Assembly (NCBI GenBank): GCA_038087875.1
Contig: CM075989.1
Coordinates: forward strand, 9,488,001-9,548,000
Source: Malacoraja senta
Lineage: Eukaryota
Length of the DNA stretch: 60,000 bases
Direction: 5' to 3'
Of the stretch, positions 13,262 to 24,390 are shown piece by piece; the first letter of the stretch is position 1; the number at the start of each line of letters is the position of its first letter. The notes beneath the pieces are model-generated. The model was not told where the DNA came from and ran no database searches. It saw nothing but the letters and a program-made list of their open reading frames with translations. A program made the position numbers and the translations under genes.

Positions 13262-13611
13262 GAGGGAGATAAGGTGTGTGAGATGATTGGAGGATTCGAT
13301 GAGGAAGTTAGAGACCACAATGGTCCATTGTTGGCTGTGGGCTAGGTGTTAATAAGTTATACAGACAGAGAAACTCAACAGGATGACCGTGAAACTAGGA
13401 CGATGATTAGGTGCTGTTCCTCCAATTTGCGTGTGGCCTCACTCTGACAATGGGGGAGGCCCAGGACAGAAAGGTCAGTGTGGGAATGGGAAGGGGAGTT
13501 AAAGTGTTTGGCATCCAGCTGATCACATACGTCAAGGTGGACTGAGCGAAGGTGTGCATCGAAACATTCACCCAGTCTGCGCTTGGTCTCGCCGATATAC
13601 AAGAGTCCACG
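13262..13611 (-). mobile_element. Penelope-like element fragment
   Basis: Peptide LLYIGETKRRLGECFDAHLRSV..HFNSPSHSHTDLSVLGL..KLEEQHL. Confidence 0.85.
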
Positions 13612-14204
13612 TTTCACGACGGGACCAGCTGAGTCACACCAGCCACAACAGACACCAGAATCATAACTTCAAAATGCAGTCAATGAGCACTCTGCCAATG
13701 CACTGCCATGGTCAAATGCCAAACACTAGGGCCAGTCATTTGCTCTGGTGTCTGGTTTTGCAACCCAAGTGTCTCTCTAACTTTGAGAGCAGAATTTCAG
13801 GATCAACATTGGGGTTACCTCCCATGCACCTTGTTTGAAATAGTCTCATAGGATACTTAAAAGCAGAAAATGTCTTCAATTTGAAATGTGTTTATTTTCT
13901 GCTTGCACAGATGCTGCCTGACCTGCTGAGTGTTTCCAGCATTTTCTGTTATTATTTCGGAATTCCAGCATCTATAGTATTTTTTTATTTCCGAGTTTAC
14001 TTTAGGCACTTGAGAGAATAATTATGACATCGGTTCAACCTCTCAACTAAAACTCAACTCAACTAAGACACCGCCACATCGCCTTGATACCTCATTGGTA
14101 CTAAAGTCTCTGGAGTAGGACTTGCATCCAGTGCAAATATTATTGCATCAAACTGCCCACGTCACTAGTGCCATTCATTCTGTTTCGGGTGAGGGCAAAC
14201 ACAA

Positions 14205-14530
14205 GGCGGCACAGTGACACAGCAGATAAAGCTACTGTCTCCCAGCACCAGAGACCCGGGTTCAATCCCGACCTCAGTGTGAAGTTTGCATGTTCTCCCC
14301 ATGACCGCATGGGTTTCCTCGGGGTTCTCTGGCTTTCTCCCACATCCCAAAGACGTGCTGCTTTGTGGATTAATTGGCCTCTGGAAAAAAAATTCAGAAT
14401 ATGTCGGAGTTCGAAAGAAAGTGGGATAACATAGAACTTGTGTGAATGGGTGATTCACTAGTGTGATGGTCGGCATGGATTCAGTGGGCCGAAGGGCCAG
14501 TTTCCATGCTGAATCTGAAAACCACACTAA
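14205..14530 (+). mobile_element. tRNA-derived SINE, same family
   Basis: ggcggcacagtgacacagc..gggttcaatccc..gggccgaagggcc. Confidence 0.75.
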
Positions 14531-16339
14531 ACATGCATCAATCACCCTTGAAATGCTAAATACGTTCCAAATGATCTTCCCAAGCGACCTCTTTCAGTGT
14601 AAACAAGAAAAAAACAATGGATACAATGCTGTGCATTATAAGGAGCTACATGTACAATCATTAAATAGTAATTGGGCTTATAGCTTATATTTATTTATTG
14701 ATCTGCTTATTTCATCTAATGGGTGAGGAGCCCAGCAAAGACAGGATGTCTGCACAGACTAACTCATCTAACATACTGTGAGGCTAAAGGCACATTCACC
14801 GAGTTGTTCGCGCAAATAAATAATTATTACTTTTTATATTTTTGATTTGTGATCACAGAGTTTGCTGTAAATCAGGTGTTTTTTTTGCTCATCCATTAAT
14901 TAAAAATGTTTGAAATTAATGATGGGATGAATGATGCTGAAAATGGAGGCAGCGGCTCAGGGATTGTTTCCTTAGCCAGCCTCTACCACTCTATGAGGGC
15001 TCAGGCAGGGGAAACTTCAGAGCAAGGGTTGATTTTGGATGCAGCGCCATTAATGTCAGAACTGGAAGGTCTAAAGCCCAAGGCAGAGTGAGCCCTTTTA
15101 TCTCATTTCCATGGCTGAAATTGCAGCTAGATACAGTCATCTGTTTTAACATTCCAAGTGACATGGCTGATGGGTCCAATGCGACTTCCCACCAGGTGCA
15201 GTGAGAGCAGAAGGACTTGGGCTGGGCAAGATGGGCAAAGATGTCCCAGTTGGGAGGGGACTGTAGGATCAGGAGTAGGACTTTAGAGACACAGGCCCCC
15301 TGGCCCAACAGGTCCATGCTGACCAGTGCATCACCCTGTACACTAGCACTATCCTCCATACTGGGGACACATACAGTAGATATCCTACAGACTGTTTGCA
15401 CGGAGCATGTACGTTGTCCCTGTGACTGCATGGGTTTTTTTCGGGTGCTCCGGTTTCCCCCCCACACTCCAAAGATATACAGGTTTGTAGGTTAATTGGC
15501 TTCTGTAAAAAAATATTAAAAAATTGTAAATTGTCCCTAGTGTGTAGGTTAGTGCTAGTGAAGGGGGTGATCGCTGGTCGGCACAGACTGGGTGGGCCGT
15601 AAGGCCTGTTTCCACACTGTATCTCTAAAGTCCAATCTCATCCGAGATCTGAGCATGCAGCGCTGCCTCAAAACCACATTGAGTACTCGCCTGGAATTTT
15701 CGAGAGTCAAGAGTGTTTATTTGTCATAGGTATTGCCGACTTGTGGCAGCTCTGCCGGCCCATCAGAGCTGCAATAACATGCAAATAAATATACAATAAT
15801 TAATAATACAACACATTCATAATCAGTAATACTATGCAACCAGACTGTAATATTGCAAAACTGAGGTCTGTAGTGCAACTAAAACCATATCCACACTAGA
15901 TCATAGTTGCTGAGGTTGTCAGTGCAGAGGCCACAAGCCAGCTATCGTCATAAAATTAAACACTGGTTTTCAGTAACTTCAGTTTTCACAAGTCTGAGAG
16001 TAACTGCGATTCTCCACCAGAAAATTAAGGGTAGGGGTTAATAAAAACCTTCAGGGCAAGTACTGGTAAGTGAGATTCACAATTTACAGAGGCCAATTAA
16101 CCTACAAACCTGCATGTTTTGGGGGATGTGGGAGGAAACCGGAGCACCCAGAGAAAATCCATGTGTTTGCAGGGTCACAGGTAGAACAGGCAAACTCCCC
16201 ACAGACAGCACCGGAGGTCAGGATCGAACCTGGATTGCTTTGGGTGGGTATGAATGTGGTTGGCCGAGGGGCCTGTTTCTGTGCTGTAACTCTACGATCC
16301 TGTGGCTACATAGCTCTATGACACACCAACTCTAGAATA

Positions 16340-16660
16340 AGGGTGGCACAGCTGGTAGAGCTGATGTCTCATAGCACAAGAGTCCCAGGTTCGATCCTGA
16401 TATCAGGTGCTGTCTGTGTGGAAATAAAAACATTCTACCTGCGACCCGGTGACCACATGGGTTTTCTCCGGGTGTTCCAGTTTCCTCCCACATCCCCAAA
16501 AAGGTGTGAGTTTGTAGGTTAATTGCCTCTGCATATTGCCCTAGTGTGCAGGGACTGGGTGAGAGAGTGGGGATAACATAGAACTAGTGTGAACAGGTGA
16601 TTGATGACCGGCAGGGATGCAATGGGTTGAAGGGCCTGTTTCTATGCTGTACCTTTAGGA
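16340..16660 (+). mobile_element. tRNA-derived SINE, same family
   Basis: gggtggcacagctggtagagc..ggttcgatcc..gaagggcctgtttc. Confidence 0.75.
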
Positions 16661-16921
16661 CTCGAGATGACTCAGCCACTATGTCCCTATGTTTCATATT
16701 TTATAATCAACCTGATAAAATGCTCCAAATGAACTTGGGGCTTTTATAATATAAGCTGGCCATCATCTAACCATGCCCTTGACTTACCTGGTTCTCTATT
16801 CCTTTCATCAATTTTAATTGATAGCCAAAAAATTGCTACTCCCTGCAGAAAGCTTTTCACTGTACACGTGACAATGAACTAAACTAAAAATGAAGTGTAA
16901 AGTCCTAGTCAGTTCTGTGAC

Positions 16922-16940
16922 TAGCCACTAGAGGGAGCGT
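16922..16940 (+). promoter_or_regulatory. CTCF motif candidate
   Basis: TAGCCACTAGAGGGAGCGT. Confidence 0.6.
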
Positions 16941-17686
16941 TTAGTAGGGTTCCTTGCATTGAAGTCCATTCTGTTACACTTTCTTCCCACTCCTTGTCAG
17001 GCAATAACAGTCTTGTCAAAGGCAAAAACTTGTCGAATGCTGCACAATCTTTATCAGGTAGTATTTGCACTGTGCATAGTCCTGTCAAAGCTCAATTCCA
17101 TTCAGCCAAAAGAGAAGCTGTTTTTCCGATCGGTTTCCGAAAGAACTTTCTCACCCTGACACTGCGTTGCCTTTCAGAAAATCAATAAGCTGTAGATGCT
17201 GAAAATCTGAAATATAAACAGAAAATGCTGTAGATATGTGGCAGGTCAGGCAGCAACTGTGGAAGGGGGAAAAATTAACAGCGTGATTCAGTCCACAATA
17301 TGCAAACTGTGTTTCTCTATCTCCAGATGCTGCCTGACCTACATTTAGCATTTTCTGTGTTTGCTTCTGTGCTGCTATTTTGCTGATTTTGATTTTGCAA
17401 TTTGATACTTCGAAGTAGCAGTCTGCTCCAGCTATTAAACTTTCACTTCAATAATGTTCAGTTTTGTAAATGTCGTTGATTACTTTTTGAGAAAGACAGA
17501 CAAAAGGATAGAAACAGCAAGAGAGAATTGTGGACCAGTGTATGAGAGATCCATGTAAACAAGGCAGACAGAGGAAGACTAAAAAAATCTGGCGCGGAAA
17601 TACAGAAGAGAAAAAGGAGGGAAAAGTGCAGACGAAAGAGCACGGCAGACAATAAAATATGAGGAAACGTGGAAAGCATCACAATT

Positions 17687-17687
<1 letters not shown>

Positions 17688-17723
<36 letters not shown>

Positions 17724-17940
17724 AGAGAGAGAGAGAGAGAGAGAAAGTGAGAGAGAGAGAAACACACATTGGAAAAAGAGTGCGACAGTGAGAGATACCG
17801 ACAGGTAAATGAAGAGACATGTGGAAACATAATCACAATTAAAGTTAGAGAGACACACAGATAGGTGGAAAAAGTGTAATACAACAGAATCACACAGGCA
17901 GGTAGATAGACTAAAAAAAGAGAGGTAGAACCAGACAACC

Positions 17941-18032
<92 letters not shown>

Positions 18033-18127
18033 TGTACAGATAAAGAGGACAAGACAGAGACAGAAAAACAGACAGGCAGGCAGCTCAGATAACTGCAGTT
18101 AAATAAAGTGAGAGAGAGAGAGAGAGA
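17688..18127 (+). repeat. (GA)n microsatellite cluster within a purine-rich low-complexity tract
   Basis: GA runs at 17688-17760, 17946-18032 and 18110-18127. Confidence 0.95.
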
Positions 18128-18836
18128 ATGAAACAGACAAATTGAACAAGATGATCAGACAGACAAAGACAAAGTAACCAGCGTGTCTGGCACAAGGAGA
18201 GAGAGAGATCAGCAGGAAAAGCACATGGACTGGTGATGAGCAGCTGAGGTAGAGGCCCTTCTTCACCAGTATCCAGTTTCTCTGTGGCCTGTTCTTGCTC
18301 AGCATCGATCTGCTTGCTGAACAGGCAGTGGCAGGTTGTCCTTTCACCTTGGGGAGCCAGCATTCAATGCACACAAGATGAAATTCTCACTTGCTGATTG
18401 CTTTGAGGGTCTTGGGTGAAATGAGTTTGGGGAAATCTCAATCAAAGTGCAGGAGGCCCCAGGAAAGCAAGACAAAGAGAACTTGCCCTTCCTATTCACG
18501 ACGTGACCGATGCAAAGAAAAATTGCGAAAGCATTATTATTTAAAATAAAGAAATGGCACCACATTGAACTGCTCCAGTTCCCTATTTCTTGGGGTCAGG
18601 ACAGTTTCAAAAGCAGCGGGAATGGTTTGTCAGCACTGTGAAATGTCACAATTTGTGCAAATCCAATATTAATATTAAATTTCCTGTCACTATGTGATAA
18701 AGGAATGAATATCTGGATCTCTGTACTCCTCCTTGTAACCTTGAATATTCAATGTTATTCATGGCAGAAGGAACATTAAACAAATAATTATCCACTACTT
18801 ATACATCTTACATCAAGTATTACAATACTTGATTGT

Positions 18837-18951
18837 GGCAGATTGCAACCCCTGTTTCAACTAATGCAATCAACCTGACGTGCACAAACAAGATCAAATA
18901 GAACAATTTGACCTACAACTGTAAGCTGTGCTCACCACATGCGAGAAGAAG
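18837..18951 (+). mobile_element. Second, internally deleted copy of the ribozyme-headed short retroposon
   Basis: Perfect 12-bp TSD atacttgattgt (18825-18836 and 18952-18963). GATTGCAACC..CCTGTTTCAACTAATGCAATC body and GAGAAGAAG tail. Confidence 0.75.
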
Positions 18952-20321
18952 ATACTTGATTGTAAAGTCTCTTTGACTGGGTAGCACGCAAACAAAAGCT
19001 TTTCACTGTACCTCAGTACACCTGACACTAATAATCAACTAAACTGCTTGCCATGCCAGGCAATACAGGGACCAAATGACACCAATCCCCCCACAATCAC
19101 CACTATGTTGAAGGATGTGTGAAGCAATGGATTTGCTGAAATTGACCTCAGTTCCTCTCGGCAGCGAGGGGAAATTAGAAATCATTAAATAATCATTGGC
19201 CACTGATAAATCCATCGGGAAATTCAGGAGCAACTTCTTTTGCTGGGGAATGGTGAGAATGTGAAGCTTGTTAACCCAGGGAGAGAGCAGTGTATCCACA
19301 CCATAGCGTGGTGCAGTAAAACACAGTAAGGAGCGTTATTAAACAAAATCTAACTGAAATCAAGATTGGAGAACTGGAATTCAGTTAATGCTGCGTCTTT
19401 ATTCAAGGGCAGCAGGAGAAAGCCAGGTATCCGCGCGGGCTGGCGAGTCTTAGATCGGAGGCGGGAAAGTTATTGGAAGGGATTGTGAAAAATAGGATGA
19501 ATTTGCAAGGACTAATTAGGGAATAGTCAGTATGGCTTTGTGCATGAGAAATCATTTCATGCATTTTTTTGACTGAGTTTTTTGAGGAGGTGATTAAGAG
19601 GACTGGCAAGAGCAGGGTGGTTGTCTACATGGACTTTTACAAGGCATTTAATAATGTTATGAAGTTAAGAAATGCCAGCAGCCTCATATTTACATGGATG
19701 AGAGAGATCGGAAAACTAATTTTTCGTAACAATTTATGTTTTGAGATAAATGCAGCTGAATTCATTGTGTGGGAACAGTGTGCAAGCTAATGTATCTCCC
19801 GTTTACTGTTCTGAAACTAGTATTAATGATATTATTCAGTTTTCTTAACACTTTTGTCAATTGTAGTGGCTTACAACATTAAACAGACCATTCAGCCCAA
19901 CCAGTGCTACTGTAATCTAATGGCCCTTCCATTGCAGAGACTGGACCCTTGATGCTGTGTTGTTTTACTCAAATGGTAAGATTTAGCCTCTCAGTAAATC
20001 CTGGCTGCCATGACTGGCTTCATTGCATTGCTTTTTATCATTTCCCTTGGGCAATGTTGACGTTGTGAATCCAAGGTTTATATATTGGATGCTATTTATT
20101 TAGTAGCTGTCTCTTATCTCTTAAGGCTACAAATGTCACAGTCCTTGGGGGTCTTTCCGAATGCTGATTCTGCCACCACCATTCAGCAGTTACCATTACC
20201 AGCCCATTGAAGGATCTGAGAGCTGTGGCTAGACCAGAGAAGATCTGCTCCTGGCTCAGAAAGTTGCAGGTTCCAAGACCTACAATTTGACTAATAATGA
20301 GGCTGACATGCCCATAAACTA

Positions 20322-20608
20322 TTTAGTTTAGAGATACAGCGTGGAGACAGGCCCTTCAGCCCATTGAGTCCACATATTAACATTATCCTATACACACTAG
20401 GGACAATTTACATTTATATCAAGCCAGTTAACCTACAAACCTGTACGTCTTTGGAGTGTGGGTGGACTCTGAAGATCTCGGCGGAAACCCTCGCGGTCAT
20501 GGGGTGAAAGCACAAACTCCGTACAGACAGCATCCGTGGTCGGGAACGAACCCGGGTCTCTGGCGCTGCAAGCAGTGTAAGGCAGCAACTTTACCGCTGT
20601 GCCACCCT
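20322..20608 (-). mobile_element. tRNA-derived SINE, same family
   Basis: Aligns with 3116-3422. Confidence 0.8.
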
Positions 20609-21627
20609 TGAGGGAGGGCTGCCCTGACAGAGATGGTACCTTTTGGATGAAGCATTAAACAAAGTCCCTATCTCTGCTCTCCTGCTATGCACTTACAAAT
20701 CTTTTTTCCCCCCAAAATAGGTTCCTAAATCAGAATCAAACTGATGGCACAAAAGCACACAATTCCCCTATGTGGTTTGATATTTATGTCAGAATCACAC
20801 AACACAGAAAGAGACCATCCAGCTATCATTTCTGTGTCGATCAAAGAAAAGCTTCCCAGCCGATCCCCACTTCTAGCCTCGGCTCTCAGATTTCCAGGTT
20901 CACATCCAAGCGGAAGTGTAGCGAGTGTAGAAAGGAACTGCAGATGCTGGTTTATACAGAAATTAGGCACAAAGTGCTGGAGTAACTCAGCGGGTCAGGC
21001 AGCACCTCTGGAGAAGGATGGGTGACGTTTCAGGTCGGGACCCTTATTTCAGTCTGAAGAAGGTCATAGTTACATAATTTCATAGAATCAAATAAATCTC
21101 TCCTCAGTCTTCATTGTTTCATAAGAAACAACCTCAGCCACTCTTTTCCCCATAACTGACATTTCCCAGTCCAAGCAAACATTGTGCATCTACTCTGTAC
21201 AGCTCATTTACATCCTTCCAGTTGTGTATCGTTGATGATACGTTAATGATACGAGGACTGTACATTCCATTAAATCTGTAGTCCAGCTAATGGTGTAGAC
21301 AGCTCTGTTGTCCATTGGTGTCCTACATTGAGACCATGATCCTGGTTTCTAGACACCCCAGCCAAGGTAAACACACCTACTGCATCGAACAGGTCAAACC
21401 TTGCAAGAATGTGTAGATTCAAGCGAGATCACCCTCATTCTCCTCAACTCAACTGTATAGGAACAGTCTCTGCAGATGACAAACCCACCATCCCTGGAGT
21501 CAGTCTCAGGAACCTCACTGCATTCTCTTTACTGGAGCTATATCCTTCCTGATGTAACGGGACCAAATTTGTACACAATATTTTCCAGGTGTGGTCTCAC
21601 CAGGACTATGCTGCAAATGAACATTAA

Positions 21628-22130
21628 AGGGGCTGTCCCACTTGGGCGACCTAATCCGCGAGTTCGCCCTCAACTCATACTCGCAGCATGGTCGACACGA
21701 GGTCATAGGAGGTCTTTGTAACTCTCCTTCATGCTCGAGAGTAGTCCCCGTGTACTCGAGGCCTCAGCTAGGTCGCGGCGTATTTTTCAACATGTTGAAA
21801 AATGCCCGCGAGTAAAAGTTCGCCATGGAAAAAAAAAACTATACTTTTTTTACTCTTAGGTTTAGTCGACATGTTAGTCGTAGGTAATCGAGAGTAGTCG
21901 AAGGTAGTCGTAGATAGTCTTCATCATAGTCGAAGGGAGGTCGAAGGGAGGTCGAAGGAGATCGAAGGAGGTCGTCTTCACTCTCCACTATTTGGAGTCC
22001 AATTTTCCCGAAGTTACTCGTAGCTAGTCAAAGCTGGTCTTCTACATAGTCGAAGGAGGTCTTCAACCTGACATTTTTTGCTAAACTCTTCTAAACTCAC
22101 CAATTAGGTCGCCCAAGTGGGACAGCCCCT
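21628..22130. mobile_element. PIF/Harbinger-type MITE (reverse-oriented relative of 9991-10434)
   Basis: TIRs aggggctgtcccacttgggcgacctaat / attaggtcgcccaagtgggacagcccct, TSD TAA. Confidence 0.88.
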
Positions 22131-23970
22131 TAACTTTCAATGATCTGTGTGGAACAATAGCCAGGTCCCACTGAACACCAACATTTTACAAACGCTTACT
22201 ATTTAAAAATGAATCTGCATTTTCATTTCTTCTGTATCTCACATTTTCTACCTTCTATCCCACCCATCACATCCTTATACATTGACTTGTCTTGACTTGT
22301 CTATATATGCACCCAAGGCACTTTGCATCCTTCATGCAGTCCACACTGTAGCCCATAATCAGCAAACTTGCACATATTGCCCCTGATCCCTCAAAATCAT
22401 TGATAAAGATTGGACATCAGGGGACCCATCGATAACCACTGATACACAGCCTCGCAAACAGATGATGACTTTTATTTGTAACCCTTTGTTTTTTTTGTTC
22501 ATTAACAGATCCTCAATCCGCATTAGCACCTTGTATCCAGTGTCATGTACTCTTATTGTTTAATAATCTCTTGTGTGGCACTTTATTGAAGTTTTCTGCA
22601 ATTTTAAATACACCACAGCAAGTAGAATCCCTTCGAGGTCGATGATTACAACTAACTCATAATCAAATTATTCTATTTGTTTTTATTTCACCACCTCACC
22701 GACATTTGGCTTTTACGGATCTTGCTCCATGAACCCTCGGTTCCTCCACAGTTCGCAGTATCCTTATTGTACATGGCCTTGCTGCACATTGCCAAATGCA
22801 TTCCTATACACTTCTCTAGACTGCGTACCATTTGCCACTATTCTACCCAGCGACGAGTTCATCGATATCCTCCTTACACAGTCGAGAATGGGTTTGTTTT
22901 TCGCATCATCTGCTGTAGGCTCACGTTTAATGAAGGGTTCTCAGGTCACAGCCAGGAAAAGACCCCATGTAGAAAACATGCGCACCCCTGCTGAAGTTGT
23001 AGACAGTTTGGAGAAAGAGAACACCTTCCACCCGTCATCACCCCTCACCACCATTACAAAGTGACGACAGGTCATTGAGCCAAAACATTAGCTCTCTCCG
23101 CAGATATTGCACAGCCTGCTGAGAGCTTCCTGTGTTTTCTCAGTCAATGCATGGATGATTTCATTGCTACCAGCTTTATGTTTCCATATTATTTTTAAAA
23201 TAAGATAAGTTTTCATACTGCCAGTGAAGGATTGCCTCCTACTCTGTGGTTTGCCAATCCACTCGCATAATCAACAGCACCTCCGCTCCCACTCATAAAC
23301 CCTGAGCTCAATATATTGCATAAAGCAACTTCCATCTGGGTCCAACTCACTGGTCTGGTCATCTGGTATCCTCACTGTCACATTGCAATTACCAGTTTAA
23401 AACCAGAATCTTTGCTATATACAGACCAAGTTCCAGCTGGTACATCTTATTTGATTAATTCATTCACTGGATTTTACCAACATCTACTGTGGATGTTACC
23501 AACAGTTATTGGAGATATTGACGCCATTTATTGTCCATCCCCATTTATCCCTCAGTTATGAATCAGCCACATTGGTGGGTCTGAAGTGACTTGGGGGACT
23601 TCCTTCCTTCAGGGGCACAAAGGGAATTTTAAGACAACACGATGGTTTCATGAACACCACCAGTGAAACAATAATTTTCCTCGAACTTTACGAATAATTT
23701 AACTACTTGAATTTAAACTTCCTCACTACCGGAGTGAGATTCAGACTCCTGTATCTACAGCAGTGGATCAGATCTCTGGTAATTCAGTAATTTGGCCACC
23801 AATTTACTGGACCCATGGGTGTAATCACCCCCGAGCTCTGGCCCTTCTAATGAAGTTACTAGAAATTCATATCACAAATGTATTTATTCCCATTTATTAA
23901 GCAAACCAGCCATTGTGATGCTCCACTAAGGTCAGCCATCGTCCTCTGCATGTTCCACAGTTGAGGTCAC

Positions 23971-24219
23971 CAACAGGACACCACCTGCCTTATACTACCT
24001 GGAAAGCCCTAAACCGCCTCCGCACTCCTCAACCTGAAGAAGTGGGGCCTCTCGAACTCTGACAAGTCCAACTGTGGAGAGGTACAGACAATCGTCCACC
24101 TACTGACTTGCGGCAGAGAGGCATGCACTGCGGATGATCTCCACAGAGGCACAGATGTGGCACTGGCTGTGGCAAAGCGATGGTAGAACGTCGTCTGACA
24201 TACGTGCGAACGAACGAAC
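23971..24219 (+). mobile_element. Ingi/Vingi-like LINE 3' end
   Basis: GHHLPYTTWKALNRLRT / NLKKWGLSNSDKSNCGEVQTIVHLLTC..CTADDL..TDVALAVAKRW (degenerate CCHC region). Ends CATACGTG(CGAA)n. Confidence 0.65.
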
Positions 24220-24390
24220 CGTTGAGGTCTTGGTTGGATTGCTCTTTGTCAGAGACCTCCCCCTCAACCTTACCGCCATGGGTGGCCCTACCAGGAGCAT
24301 AGCTCCAGATGGCATCTCTCTCAGGATCTCAGGTCCACACAAGCTTCCCCACCACGACAAGGTGACAATCCACGGAGGTGACAATCCACA
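24220..24390 (-). mobile_element. RTE-clade LINE 5' UTR-like segment
   Basis: GGATTGTCACCTTGTCGTGGTGGGGAAGCTTG...GTAGGGCCACCCATGGCGG...CTGACAAA resembles RTE/BovB-type 5' UTRs as recalled. Confidence 0.6.

Noticed and set aside
17458..18374. Ser/Leu-rich ORFs
   Set aside because: Produced by GA microsatellite and low-complexity sequence.
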